Origin: Candidatus Oxydemutatoraceae bacterium
Lineage (GTDB): Bacteria > Pseudomonadota > Gammaproteobacteria > Poriferisulfidales > Oxydemutatoraceae
NCBI GenBank assembly: GCA_965218975.1
Contig: OZ244717.1
Coordinates: forward strand, 928,001-992,000
Direction: 5' to 3'
Length of the DNA stretch: 64,000 nucleotides
Part shown: piece by piece, positions 12,301-27,300 of the stretch
How positions within the stretch are numbered: position 1 is the first letter of the stretch
How the letters are laid out: every line of letters begins with the position of its first letter
Made by a program: the position numbers and the translations under genes
The notes under the pieces: model-generated
Told to the model about the DNA's origin: nothing
Databases searched by the model: none
The model's input: only the letters and a program-made list of their open reading frames with translations

Positions 12301-15300
12301 TCGGTTACCGGCGGTGCGGATGATGCCCTGTTTGATATCGACTCGTCTTCGGGTGAATTGAGTTTCGTCACCGCGCCGGACTTTGAGAATGCGGTGGATG
12401 CGGATACGGATAACGTTTATATGCTCATCGTGACGGCGATCGGCGGCACGGACGCTCGAGCGTTGACGACGACGCAAGAGATTACGGTGACGGTGCTTGA
12501 TGTGCCGACGACGGTCACGATTACGGCGGCGGAGCCGACGGTAACGGAAGGTGAGCCGGTAATGTTCACGTTTGAGCGGACCGACGCGACGGATGCGCCG
12601 GCATTGACGGTGAACATTACGATAGATGCGACCGACGAAGTGCTTGCGGATGTGGCGCCTGGTATGGTGACTTTCGACGCCGGTTCTGCGAGAACGGTGC
12701 TTAGCCTTGCCACCGTCATTGATGAGGCGTTTGGCGTCAGAACGGTGATGGTTACCGTGAACGACGGTGTGGGTTATGAGGTCGGTATTGAGAATAGCGC
12801 CGAGGTGCGGGTGATTGACGTCAACGTGGCACCGGTATTCAGCAGTGCGGAAAGTTTTGAGGTCAACGAAGGGGAGACGGTAGTCGGCACGGTGACGGCT
12901 GAGGATGCGAACATAGAAGACGAAGTGACGTATTCGATTACCAACGGCGCGGATCAAGATCAGTTTACTATTGACTCGTCTTCGGGCGAGTTGAGTTTCG
13001 CCACCGCACCGGACTTTGAGAATGCAGCGGATGCGGACGGAGACAATGCATACATGCTCACGGTGGCGGTAATCGGCGGCACGGACGCTCGGGCGTTGAC
13101 GACGACGCAAGCGATTATGGTGACGGTGCTTGATGTGCCGACGACGATTACGATTACGGCAGACGAGCCGATGGTAACGGAAGGCGAGCCGGCGGTGTTC
13201 ACGTTCAGCCGGACCGACGCGACGGATGCGCCTGCATTGACGGTGAACATTACGGTAGACGATTCCGGCGGAGTGCTTGCGGATGCGGCGCCTGATACGA
13301 TTACTTTTGACGCCGATTCTGCGACAACGGTGCTCAACCTTGCCACCATTGATGATACGCTTGAAGAAGACGACAGCACGGTGACGGTTACCGTGAACGA
13401 CGGTGTGGATTATGCGGTCGGTATTGAGAATAGTGCCGAGGTGCGGGTGAACGACAACGACGGGCCGTTAACGATCTCGTTCGTCACGACCGAGTATATG
13501 GTCAATGAAAGCGATAGAGAGGTAAGGTTCGAACTCAGACTGAGCGACGAAAGACCGCTGCGCGGCAATATAAACGTTGGCTTAACGGCACGCGACGGCA
13601 GCGCGGTCCTTACTGAGGATTATTCCCCGAGAGGTAGTGTTACTATCTATACTCCTATATCAGTTCTGATGAGAACTGTGCAGTATTTCATTATCGATGA
13701 CGATGTCTTCGAAACCGAAGAATTCTTTTCGTTGAGGATTTCCGGTGTAACGACGTTTCATAGCGACGATGAGGTGGTGATCGGTCAGGGGCGCGTAGCG
13801 ACGGTTACCATCATTGATGACGATTTGCCTCCTATCTGGAGTTTGGACATGTTGCCGAGTAGTGTCAGTGAAAGTAGGGACACCGCGGTGCCGATTGTGA
13901 TGAGGCGGATGCGTGATTTACTTGACAGAGGATATCCGCTGACGCTTGAGTTGGGGGGGACGGCGACGTTCGGCGAAGACTACGTTATCACGGATATGGA
14001 TGACAATTCGTTCGCGTTACCGCTTACATTCCCTGCGCCGTATATTGCCGATGATGTGTTTGATCTTCGGACAGATAAAACAGTCGAATTCCGCTTAGTG
14101 ATAACAGACGACGCGGTGTTTGAGGGAGCCGAGACGATTGAGCTGCGATTAACTACGACGGACCCTGACGTTACGATAGGCAGCGATACGACTCAGACGA
14201 TTACGATCATCGACAACGATGCGGTGCCGGTGTTGTCTCTGACGGTCGGTGCAACCGCAATCAATGAAGGCGCATTGACCGATATCGAAGTGGGAATCAC
14301 GAACGAGTCGGTATATGCCGAAGATCAAACGATCACGTTAGAGTTTGCCGGCGATGCGATGCCTGAGGACGACTATACGGTAATGGTCGGAGATTCGCCG
14401 TTGTCATCGCCGTATGTGTTGACTTTGCCGGCGGGGTTGTCTTCGGTAAGCGCAACGATCATGGCGACAGACGACATGACGGCTGAGGGGAATGAGACGA
14501 TCACACTAACCGCCCGGCATGAAGGCGACACGATCGGCGAGGCAATGATTACGATCATTGACGATGATGCGGCGCCGGAGTTGGATTTGTCGGTGAGCGA
14601 GACCACCATTGACGAAGGAGTATCAGCCGATATTACGCTAGAAATCACGAACGAATCGGTATTTGCCGAGAATCAAACGATTACGTTAGAGTTTGACGGC
14701 ACGGCAACGGAGGATGACTATACGCTATCGGCTGAGAATTTACCGCTGTTGCCGCCGCATGAGTTGATTTTACCGGCGGGGTCGTCTTCGGTAAGCGCAA
14801 TGATCATGGCGCTAATAGACGACATGACGGCTGAGGGGAATGAGACGATTATGATTACCGCCCGGCATGAAGGCGAAATGATCGGCGAGGTAACGATCAC
14901 GATCATTGATAACACGGCGCCGGTCTTCAGCGATGCGGTAAGTTTTGAGGTCGACGAAGGACAGACGACGGTCGGCGTTGTGACGGCTGAGGATGCGAAC
15001 CCGCAAGACGAGGCAATGTATTCGATTACCGGTGGGGCGGATGATGCCCTGTTTGATATTGACTCGTCTTCGGGTGAGTTGAGTTTCGCCACCGCACCGG
15101 ACTTTGAGAATGCGGCGGATGCGGATACGGATAACGTTTATGTGCTCACGGTGACGGCAATCGGCGGCACGGACGCTCGAGCGTTGACGACGACGCAAGA
15201 GATTACGGTAACGGTGCTTGATGTGCCTACGACGGTCACGATTACGGCGGCGGAGCCGACGATAACGGAAGGCGAGTCGGCGGTGTTTACATTCAGTCGG

Positions 15301-18300
15301 ACCGACGCGACGGATGCGCCGGCATTGACGGTGAACATTACGATAGATGCGACCGACGAAGTACTTGCGGATGCGGCGCCTGAAATGGTGACTTTCGACG
15401 CCGGTTCTGCGAGAACGGTGCTTAGCCTTGCCACCGTCATTGATGAGGCGTTTGGCGTCAGGACGGTGATGGTTACCGTGAACGACGGTATGGGTTATGA
15501 GGTCGGTATTGAGAATAGCGCCGAGGTGCGGGTGATTGACGTCAACGTGGCACCGGTATTCAGCAGTTCGGAAAGTTTTGAGGTCAACGAAGGGCAGACG
15601 GTAGTCGGCACGGTGACGGCTGAGGATGCGAACATAGAGGACGAGGTGATGTATTCGATTACCAACGGCGCGGATCAAGATCAGTTTACTATTGACCCGT
15701 TTTCGGGCGAGTTGAGTTTCGCCACCACACCGGACTTTGAGAATCCGGCGGATGCGGATACGGATAACGTTTATATGCTCATCGTGACGGCAGTCAGCGG
15801 CACGGACGCTCGGGCATTGACGACGACGCAAGAGATTGCGGTGACGGTGCTTGATGTGCCGACGACGATCACGATTACGGCAGAAGACCCGACGGTCACG
15901 GAAGGCGAGCCGGCGGTGTTCACGTTCAGCCGGACCGAGGCGACGGATGCGCCTGCATTGACGGTGAACATTACGGTAGACGATTCCGGCGGAGTGCTTG
16001 CGGATGCGGCGCCTGATACGATTACTTTTGCTGCCGATTCTGCGACAACGGCGCTCAGTCTTGCCACCGACGACGATACGCTTGAAGAAGACGGCAGCAC
16101 GGTGACGGTTACCGTCATAGGCGGTATGGATTATGCGGTCGGTATTGAGAACAGTGCTTCGGTGCGGGTTGTCGACAACGACGTTAACGTGGCGCCGGCA
16201 TTCATCAGTGCAGCAAGTTTTGATGTCAACGAAGGGGAGACGGTAGTCGGTACGGTGACGGCTGCGGATGCGAACATAGAAGACGAGGTGATGTATTCGA
16301 TTACCGGCGATGCGGATGATGTTTTGTTTGCAATTGACCCGTCTTCGGGCGAGTTGAGTTTCGCCACCGCACCGGACTATGAGAATCCGGCGGATGCGGA
16401 TACGGATAACGTTTATATGCTCATCGTGACGGCAACCGGCGGCACGGACGCTCGGGCGTTGACGACGACGCAAGCGATTACGGTGACGGTGCTTGATGTG
16501 CCTACGACGATTACGATTACGGCGGCAGAGCCGATGGTAACGGAAGGCGAGCCGGCGGTGTTCGTGTTTGAGCGGACCGACTCGACGAATGTGTCGGAAT
16601 TGAATGTGTTCTTTACGGTAGATGATCCCGGCGGAGTGCTTGTGCTTCCAAAGCCTTTTGCTCTTTCTTTTGGAGCTGCTGGAGCTGCTTCCGAGACAGC
16701 GATGCTCAGCCTTGCCACCATTGATGACGCGCTTGAAGAAGACGACAGCACGGTGACGGTTACCGTTGGTGCCCATATGAATTATGAGGTCGGCATTGAG
16801 AATAGTGCCGAGGTGCGGGTTGTCGACAACGACGTCAACGTGGCGCCGGCATTCATCAGTGCAGCAAGTTTTGAGGTCAACGAAGGGGAGACGGTAGTCG
16901 GCACGGTGACGGCTGCGGATGCGAATATAGAAGACGAGGTGACGTATTCGGTTATCGGCGGTGCGGATGATGCCTTGTTTGATATCGACTCGTCTTCGGG
17001 CGAACTGAGCTTCACAACCGCACCGGACTATGAGAATCCGGTGGATGCGGATGAAGACAATAACTACATGCTCACGGTGGTGGCAATCGGCGGCACGGAC
17101 GTTCGGACGTTGACGACGACGCAAGCGATTACGGTGACGGTGCTTGATGTGCCTACGACGATCACGATTACGGCGGCAGAGCCGATGGTAACGGAAGGCG
17201 AGCCGGCGGTGTTTACATTCAGTCGGACCGACGCGACGGATGCGCCGGTATTGGCGGTGAACATTACGGTAGATGATTCCGACGGGGTGCTTGCGGCAGC
17301 GGCACCTGAAATGGTGACTTTTGACGCCGGTTCTGCGATAACGGTGCTCAACCTTGCCACTATTGATGATACGCTTGAAGAAGACGACAGCACGGTGACG
17401 GTTACCGTTGTTGCCACTACGGATTATGAAGTCGGTATTGAGAACAGTGCTTCGGTGCGGGTTGTCGACAACGACGTCAACGTAGCGCCGGTATTCACCA
17501 GTGCAGCAAGTTTTGAGGTCAACGAAGGGCAGACAGTAGTCGGCACAGTGACGGCTGCGGATGTGAACATAGAGGACGAGGTGATGTATTCGATTACCGG
17601 CAGCGCGGATCAAGATCAGTTTACTATTGACCCGTCTTCGGGTGAGTTGAGTTTCGCCGCTGCACCGGACTTTGAGAATCCGACGGATGCGGACGGAGAC
17701 AATGCATACATGCTCACAGTGGCGGCAATCGGCGGCACGGACGTTCGGGCGTTGACGACGACGCAAGCGATTACCGTCAGAGTGCTTGATTTGCCGGTAA
17801 TAACGATTGCGGCAGTCGAGCCGATGGTAACGGAAGGCGAGCCGGCGGTGTTCGTGTTTGAGCGGACCGACGCGACGGATGTGTTGGATTTGTTTGTGTT
17901 CTTTACGGTAGTTGAGTCCGGCGAGGTGCTTGTGGTTCCAACGCCTGCTGGTATTTCTTTTAGACCTGCTTCCGAGACAGTGATGCTCAGCGTTGCCACC
18001 ATTGATGATACGCTTGAAGAAGACGACAGCACGGTGACGGTTACCATTGGTGTCGACGATACGGGTTTTTATGAAGTCGGTATTGAGAACAGTGCCGAGG
18101 TGCGGGTTGTCGACAACGACGTCAACGTAGCGCCGGTATTTACGAGTGCGGAAAGTTTTGAGGTCAACGAAGGGCAGACGTTAGTCGGCACGGTGACGGC
18201 TGAGGATGCGAACATGGGGGATGAGGTGACCTATTCGGTTACTGGCGGTGCGGATGGCACCCTGTTCACCATTGACCCGTCTTCGGGCGAGTTGAGTCTC

Positions 18301-21300
18301 GCCACTGCACCGGACTATGAGAATCCGGCGGATGCGGATACGGATAACGTTTATATGCTCACGGTGGCGGCAATCGGCGGCACGGACGCTCGAGCGTTGA
18401 CGACGACACAAGGGATTACGGTGACGGTGCTTGATGTGCCTACGACGATCACGATTACGGCGGACAAAGCAGAGGTTACGGAAGGCGAGCCGGTAATGTT
18501 TACATTCAGTCGGACCGACGCGACGGATGCGCTTGCATTGGCGGTGAACATTACGGTAGATGATCTCGACGGGGTGCTTGCGGCAGCGGCACCTGAAATG
18601 GTGACTTTTGCTGCCGGTTCTGCGACAGCGGAGCTCAGTCTTGCCACCGACGACGATACGCTTGAAGAAGACGACAGCGTAGTGACGGTTACCATCATAG
18701 ACAGTGCGGACTATAGGATCGGTATTGAGAACAGTGCTTCGGTGCGTGTTGTCGACGACGACGTCAACGTGGCGCCGGCATTCATCAGTGCAGCAAGTTT
18801 TGAGGTCAACGAAGGGCAGCCAGTAGTCGGTACGGTGACGGCTGCGGATGCGAACATAGAAGACGAGGTGATGTATTCGATTACCGGCGATGCGGATGAT
18901 GCCCTGTTTGATATCGACTCGTCTTCGGGCGAGTTGGGTTTCGCCACTGCACCGGACTTTGAGAATGCAGCGGATGCGGATACGGATAACGTTTATATGC
19001 TCATCGTGACGGCAACCGGCGGCACGGACGCTCGGGCGTTGACGACGACGCAAGCGATTACGGTGACGGTGCTTGATGTGCCTACGACGATTACGATTAC
19101 GGCGGCAGAGCCGATGGTAACGGAAGGCGAGCCGGCAGTGTTCGTGTTTGAGCGGACCGACTCGACGAATGTGTCGGAATTGAATGTGTTCTTTACGGTA
19201 GATGATCCCGGCGGAGTGCTTGTGCTTCCAAAGCCTTTTGCTCTTTCTTTTGGAGCTGCTGGAGCTGCTTCCGAGACAGCGATGCTCAGCCTTGCCACCA
19301 TTGATGATGCGCTTGAAGAAGACGACAGCACGGTAACGGTTACCGTTGGTGCCCATATGAATTATGAGGTCGGCATTGAGAATAGTGCCGAGGTGCGGGT
19401 TGTCGACAACGACGTCAACGTGGCACCGGTATTCAGCGATCCGGTAAGTTTTGAGGTCAACGAAGGGGAGACGGTAGTCGGCACGGTGACGGCTGAGGAT
19501 GCGAACCCGCAAGACGAGGTGAGGTATTCGGTTACCGGCGGTGCGGATGATGCCCTGTTTGATATCGACTCGTCTTCGGGCGAACTGAGCTTCACAACCG
19601 CACCGGACTATGAGAATCCGGCGGATGCGGATACGGATAACGTTTATATGCTCATCGTGACGGCGGCCGGCGGCACGGGTGCTCGGGCGTTGACGACGAC
19701 GCAAGAGATTACGGTGACGGTGCTTGATGTGCCGACTACAATTACGATTTTTGCTGACGAACCGACGGTAACGGAAGGCGAGCTGGCGGTGTTCACGTTG
19801 AATCGGACCGCGCCGACGGATACGGGATTATTGGTGGAGATTGAGGTAGTTGATTCCCCCGACGGAACGGTAGTCGGTAACCCCGGTGGAGCGCTTATGG
19901 TTTTGATACCTGATATGATTACTTTTAGGGCCGGTTCTACGACAGCGGTGCTCAGTCTTGCCACCATTGATGATATGATTGATGAAGCCGACAGCACGCT
20001 GACGGTTACCGTTGTTGAAGGGATGAGTTATGAGGTTGGTATCGAGAATAGCGCCGAGGTGCGGGTTGTCGACAACGATGACGTACCGGGTGCGCCGGCG
20101 GAATTAGCAGCCGCAGCGGGCGACACGCACGCAGTCCTAAGTTGGGAAGCGCCTGCCGACCCCGGCACTTCGCCGATTGAGCGTTACGAATATCGCGCGA
20201 GCAGTGACGCCGGAACGATTGGGGATCAGGAATGGAATGCCGCCGGCGATGCGACGGGCGAAGTCAGAACTCAAATCGTATCGAGCTTAAGCAACGACAC
20301 GGAATACACATTTGAAGTACGCGCGGTCAGCGCGGCGGGCAACGGTGCAGCCGCGCAAATCACGGCGACACCGAGTTCCGAGACGGCGGTATTCACTCTG
20401 ACGTTTGACCCGAGCGAATATACGCTCACTGAAAGTGACCAGAGGGTAACTCTCACGCTCAGACTGATCGGCGAAGAGCGTGCGCTGCAAGATGATGTAA
20501 CCGTTACTGTCTCGACACACGACGGCAGCGCGGTCACTCCTCAGGATTATGTGGCTATTGAGAATGCGACGGTTGTCTTTGAACCCGAAGAGGGCGTGAC
20601 CGAGTTAACGCAAACGGTGACGGTTCAGATTGTCAATGACATCGTTTTTGAGTTAGATGACGAGATCTTTTCGGTGATTATTAACGATGTAACGGCGGCG
20701 ACTTCCAGCGACACGGTCGTGATTGATCAAGGCGAAGCGACGGTTACCATCGTCGATGACGGCGGCCCACCGATTTGGGTATTGGACCGGTTGCCGAGTT
20801 CTGTCGGTGAAAGCACGGGCACCGTGTCGATTGAGATGAGGCGCGTGTCGATTGTTAATTCTGATACTAACCGCGGGTATTCGCTGACGCTTGAGCTGGG
20901 AGGGACGGCGACGTTCGGCGACGACTACGTCATCACGGATATAGACGGCAATCCGTTGGCGTCGCCGCCTACATTCGATATAGCGCAAAACCAAACAATG
21001 CTTGAAGCCCGCCTGATAATAACGGACGATAGGGTGTTTGAGGGCGAGGAGACGATTGAGATACGCTTGAGCACGACCGAGCCGAAGATCCTGATAGACG
21101 ACGCTACGACGCAGACGATCACGCTCATCGACAACGATGCAGCGCCGGAGTTAGATTTGTCGGTGAGTGCGGTAGCGATTGACGAAGGGGCATCGGTTGA
21201 TATTACGCTAGAGATCACGAACGAATCGGTATTTGCTGAGGATCAAACGATTACATTAGAGTTTACCGGCGATGCGATGCCTGAGGACGACTATACGGTA

Positions 21301-24300
21301 TCGGTCGACGGTTCGCCGCTGTTACCGCCGTATGAGTTGACTTTAACGGCGGGAGAATCTGCGCTAAACGCAACGATCATGGCGCTAATAGACGACATGA
21401 CGGCTGAGGGAGATGAGACGATTACACTAACCGCGCGGCATGGTGACGACACAATCGGCGAGGAAACGATCACAATCATTGATAACGAGGCGCCGGTATT
21501 CAGCAGTATGCCAAGTTTTGAGGTCAACGAAGGGGAGACGATAGTCGGCACGGTGACGGCTGAGGATGCGAACATAGAGGACGAGGTGATGTATTCGGTT
21601 ACCGGTGACGGTGCGGATGATGTCTTGTTTGATGTCGACTCGTCTTCGGGCGAACTGAGCTTCATAACCGCACCGGACTATGAGAATCCGGCGGATGCGG
21701 ATACGGATAACGTTTATATGCTCATCGTGACGGCGGCTGGCGGCACGGACGTTCGGGCGTTGACGACGACACAAGCGATTACGGTGACGGTGCTTGATGT
21801 GGCTACGACGATTACGATTACGGCAGACGAGCCGATGGTCACGGAAGGCGAGCCGGCGATGTTCACGTTCAGCCGGACCGACGCGACGGATGCGCTTGCA
21901 TTGACGGTGAACATTACGGTAGATGATTCCGGCGGAGTGCTTGCGGATGCGGCGCCTGATACGATTACTTTTGCTGCCGATTCTGCGACAACGGCGCTCA
22001 ACCTTGCCACCATTGATGATACGCTTGAAGAAGACGACAGCACGGTGACGGTTACCGTCATAGGCGGTATGGATTATGCGGTCGGTATTGAGAATAGTGC
22101 CGAGGTGCGGGTGAACGACAACGACGTTAACGTGGCGCCGGCATTCATCAGTGCAGCAAGTTTTGATGTCAACGAAGGAGAGACGGTAGTCGGCACGGTG
22201 ACGGCTGGGGATGCGAACCCGCAAGACGAGGTAACGTATTCGGTTACCGGCGGTGCGGATGATGCCCTGTTTGATATCGACTCGTCTTCGGGCGAACTGA
22301 GCTTCACAACTGCACCGGACTATGAGAATCCGGCAGATGCGGATACGGATAACGTTTATATGCTCATCGTGACGGCGGCCGGCGGCACGGACGCTCGGGC
22401 GTTGACGACGACGCAAGCGATTACGGTGACGGTGCTTGATGTGCCTACGACGATTACGATTACGGCGGCAGAGCCGATGGTAACGGAAGGCGAGCCGGCG
22501 GTGTTCGTGTTTGAGCGGACCGACGCGACGGATGCGCCGACATTGACAGTGAACATTACGATAGATGCGACCGACGAAGTGCTTGCGGATGCGGCGCCTG
22601 GTATGGTGACTTTTGACGCCGGTTCTACGACAACGGTACTTAGCCTTGCCACTGTCATTGATGAAATGTTTGGTGTCAGAACGGTGACGGTTACCGTGAA
22701 CGACGATGTGGATTATGCGGTCGGTATTGAGAATAGCGCCGAGGTGCGGGTGATTGACGTCAACGTGGCGCCGGTATTCAGTGAGCCGGTGAGTTTTGAC
22801 ATTGATGAGAGTCTGACAGTAGTCGGCACGGTGACGGCTGAGGATGCGAACATAGAAGACGAGGTGATGTATTCGGTTACCGGTGACGGTGCGGATGATG
22901 CTCTGTTTGATATCGACTCGTCTTCGGGCGAACTGAGCTTCACAACCGCACCGGACTATGAGAATCCGGCGGATGCGGATACGGATAACGTTTATATGCT
23001 CATCGTGACGGCGGTCGGCGGCACGGACGCTCGAGCGTTGACGACGACACAAGGGATTACGGTGACGGTGCTTGATGTGCCGACGACGGTCACGATTACG
23101 GTGGCAGAGCCGATGGTAACGGAAGGCGAGTCGGCGGTGTTTACATTCAGTCGGACCGACGTGACGGATGCGCCGGCATTGACAGTGAACATTACGATAG
23201 ATGCGACCGACGAAGTGCTTGCGGATGCGGCGCCTGGTATGGTGACTTTTGACGCCGGTTCTGCGAGAACGGTGCTTAGCCTTGCCACCGTCATTGATGA
23301 GGCGTTTGGCGTCAGGACGGTGATGGTTACCGTGAACGACGGTGTGGGTTATGAGGTCGGTATTGAGAATAGCGCCGAGGTGCGGGTGATTGACGTCAAC
23401 GTGGCACCGGTATTCAGCAGTGCGGAAAGTTTTGAGGTCGACGAAGGGGAGACGGTAGTCGGCACGGTGACGGCTGAGGATGCGAACATAGAAGACGAAG
23501 TGACGTATTCGATTACCAACGGCGCGGATCAAGATCAGTTTACTATTGACCCGTCTTCGGGCGAGTTGAGTTTCGTCACCGCACCGGACTTTGAGAATGC
23601 AGCGGATGCGGACGGAGACAATGCATACATGCTCACGGTGGCGGCAATCGGCGGCACGGACGCTCGGGCGTTGACGACGACGCAAGCGATTATGGTGACG
23701 GTGCTTGATGTGCCGACGACGATTACGATTACGGCAGACGAGCCGATGGTAACGGAAGGCGAGCCGGCGGTGTTCACGTTCAGCCGGACCGAGGCGACGG
23801 ATGCGCTGGCATTGACGGTGAACATTACGGTAGACGATTCCGGCGGAGTGCTTGCGGATGCGGCGCCTGATACGATTACTTTTGCTGCCGATTCTGCGAC
23901 AACGGCGCTCAGTCTTGCCACCGACGATGATACGCTTGAAGAAGACGACAGCACGGTGACGGTTACCGTGAACGACGGTGTGGATTATGCGGTCGGTATT
24001 GAGAACAGTGCCGAGGTGCGGGTGAACGACAACGACGGGCCGTTCACGATCTCGTTCGTCCAGAGCGAATATACGTTCAATGAAAGGGACTCGGCAGTTG
24101 TCATGATCAGACTGAGCGGCGAAAGACCGCGGCGCGGCAATGTAACGGTTACGGTTGATGCACACGACGGCAGCGCGGTTTTTATTGAGGATTATGGGTT
24201 GCGTAGTAGCGGTCTTATCTTTTTTCCTACCGTAATGCTGAGATCTGAGAGGTTTATTACTATTGATAACGCGGTTGTCGAGACCGAAGAATTCTTTTCG

Positions 24301-27300
24301 GTGAGAATTAGATCTGTAATGGCATCGGATCCCGCCGATGAGGTGGTGATCGGTCAGGGCGAAGCGACGATTACCATCATTGATAACGATTCGCCTCCTA
24401 TCTGGAGTTTAGACATGTTGCCGAGTAGTGTCAGTGAAAGTAGAGACACCGCGGTGCCGATTGTGATGAAGCGGATGCGTGATTTACTTGACAGAGGATA
24501 TCCGCTGACGCTTGAGTTGGGGGGGACGGCGACGTTCGGCGAAGACTACGTTATCACGGATATGGATGACAATCCGTTCGCGTTACCGCTTACATTCCCT
24601 GCGCCGTATATTGCCGATGATGTGTTTGATCTTCGGACAGATAAAACAGTCGAATTCCGCTTAGTGATAACAGACGACGCGGTGTTTGAGGGAGCCGAGA
24701 CGATTGAGCTGCGATTAACTACGACGGACCCTGACGTTACGATAGGCAGCGATACGACTCAGACGATCACGATCATCGACAACGATGCGGTGCCGGTATT
24801 GTCTCTAACGGTCGGTGCGACCACCATTGAAGAGGGAGCATCGGTCGATATTACAGTGATGACGAACGAGTCGGTATATGCCGAAGATCAAACGATCACG
24901 TTAGAGTTTGCCGGCGATGCGATGCCTGAGGACGACTATACGGTAATGGTCGACAGCTTGCCGCTGTCGTCGCCGTATGAGTTGACTTTGCCGGCGGGGT
25001 TGTCTTCGATAACCGCAACGATCATGGCGACAGACGACCGAGCGGACGAAGCGAATGAGACGATCACACTAACCGCCCGGCATGAAGGCGACACAATCGG
25101 CGAGGAAACGATCACGATCATTGACGATGATGCGGCGCCGGAGTTGGATTTGTCGGTGAGCGAGACCACCATCGACGAAGGGGCATCGGGCGATATCGAA
25201 GTGGGAATCACGAACGAATCGGTATTTGCCGAAGATCAAACGATTACGTTAGAGTTTGCCGGCGAGGCGACGCCTGAGGGCGACTATACGGTAATGGTCG
25301 GAGGTTCGTTGCTGTCGTCGCCGTATCAAGTGATTTTACCGGCGGGGTCGTCTTCGGTAAGCGCAATGATCATGGCGCTAATAGACGACATGACGGCTGA
25401 GGGGAATGAGACGATTATGATTACCGCCCGGCATGAAGGCGACATGATCGGCGAGGAAACGATCACGATCATTGATAACGTAGCGCCGGCATTCAGCGAT
25501 GCGGTAAGTTTTGCGGTCAACGAAGGACAGACGACGGTCGGCGTTGTGACGGCTGAGGATGCGAACCCGCAAGACGAGGCAATGTATTCGATTACCGGTG
25601 GGGCGGATGATGCCCTGTTTGATATTGACTCGTCTTCGGGTGAGTTGAGTTTCGCCACTGCACCGGACTATGAGAATCCGGCGGATGCGGATACGGATAA
25701 CGTTTATGTGCTCACGGTGACGGCAATCGGCGGCACGGACGCTCGAGCGTTGACGACGACGCAAGAGATTACGGTAACGGTGCTTGATGTGCCTACGACG
25801 GTCACGATTACGGCAGACAAGGCAGAGGTCACGGAAGGCGAGTCGGCGGTGTTTACATTCAGTCGGACCGACGCGACGGATGCGCCGGCATTGACGGTGA
25901 ACATTACGGTAGATGATCCTGCCGGAGCGCTTGCGACTGCGCTGCCTGGTATGGTGACTTTTGACGCCGGTTCTGCGAGAACGGTGCTTAGCCTTGCCAC
26001 CGTCATTGATGAGGCGTTTGGCGTCAGGACGGTGATGGTTACCGTGAACGATGGTATGGGTTATGAGGTCGGTATTGAGAATAGCGCCGAGGTGCGGGTG
26101 ATTGACGTCAACGTGGCACCGGTATTCAGCGATGCGGAAAGTTTTGAGGTCAACGAAGGGCAGACGGCAATCGGCACGGTGACGGCTGCGGATGCGAACA
26201 TAGAAGACGAGGTGATGTATTCGGTTACCGGCGGGGCGGATGATGCTCTGTTTGCAATTGACTCGTCTTCGGGCGAATTGAGTTTCGCCACCGCACCGGA
26301 CTATGAGAATCCGGCGGATGCGGATGAAGACAATAACTACATGCTCATCGTGACGGCGGCCGGCGGCACGGACGCTCGGGCGTTGACGACGACGCAAGCG
26401 ATTACGGTGACGGTGCTTGATGTGCCGACGACGATCACGATTACGGCAGAAGACCCGACGGTCACGGAAGGCGAGCCAGCGGTGTTCACGTTCAGCCGGA
26501 CCGACGCGACGGATGCGCTTGCATTGACGGTGAACATTACGGTAGACGATTCCGGCGGAGTGCTTGCGGATGCGGCGCCTGATACGATTACTTTTGCTGC
26601 CGATTCTGCGACAACGGCGCTCAGTCTTGCCACCGACGACGATACGCTTGAAGAAGACGACAGCACGGTGACGGTTACCGTCATAGGCGGTATGGATTAT
26701 GCGGTCGGTATTGAGAATAGTGCCGAGGTGCGGGTGAACGACAACGACGTTAACGTGGCGCCGGCATTCATCAGTGCAGCAAGTTTTGAGGTCAACGAAG
26801 GGGAGACGGTAGTCGGCACGGTGACGGCTGAGGATGCGAACCGGCAAGACGAGGTAACGTATTCGGTTACCGGCGGTGCGGATGATGCCTTGTTTGATAT
26901 CGACTCGTCTTCGGGCGAACTGATCTTCACAACTGCACCGGACTATGAGAATCCGGCAGATGTGGATACGGATAACGTTTATATGCTCATCGTGACGGCG
27001 GCCGGCGGCACAGACGCTCGGGCATTGACGACGACGCAAGAGATTACGGTGACGGTGCTTGATGTGCCTACGACAATTACGATTACGGCGGACAAAGCAG
27101 AGGTTACGGAAGGCGAGTCGGTGGTGTTTACATTCAGTCGGACCGACGCGACGGATGTGCCAAATTTGTTTGTGAACATTACGGTAGTTGCAACCGACGA
27201 AGTGCTTGCGGATGCGGCGCCTGGTATGGTGACTTTTGACGCCGGTTCTACGACAACGGTACTTAGCCTTGCCACTGTCATTGATGAAATGATTGGCGAC

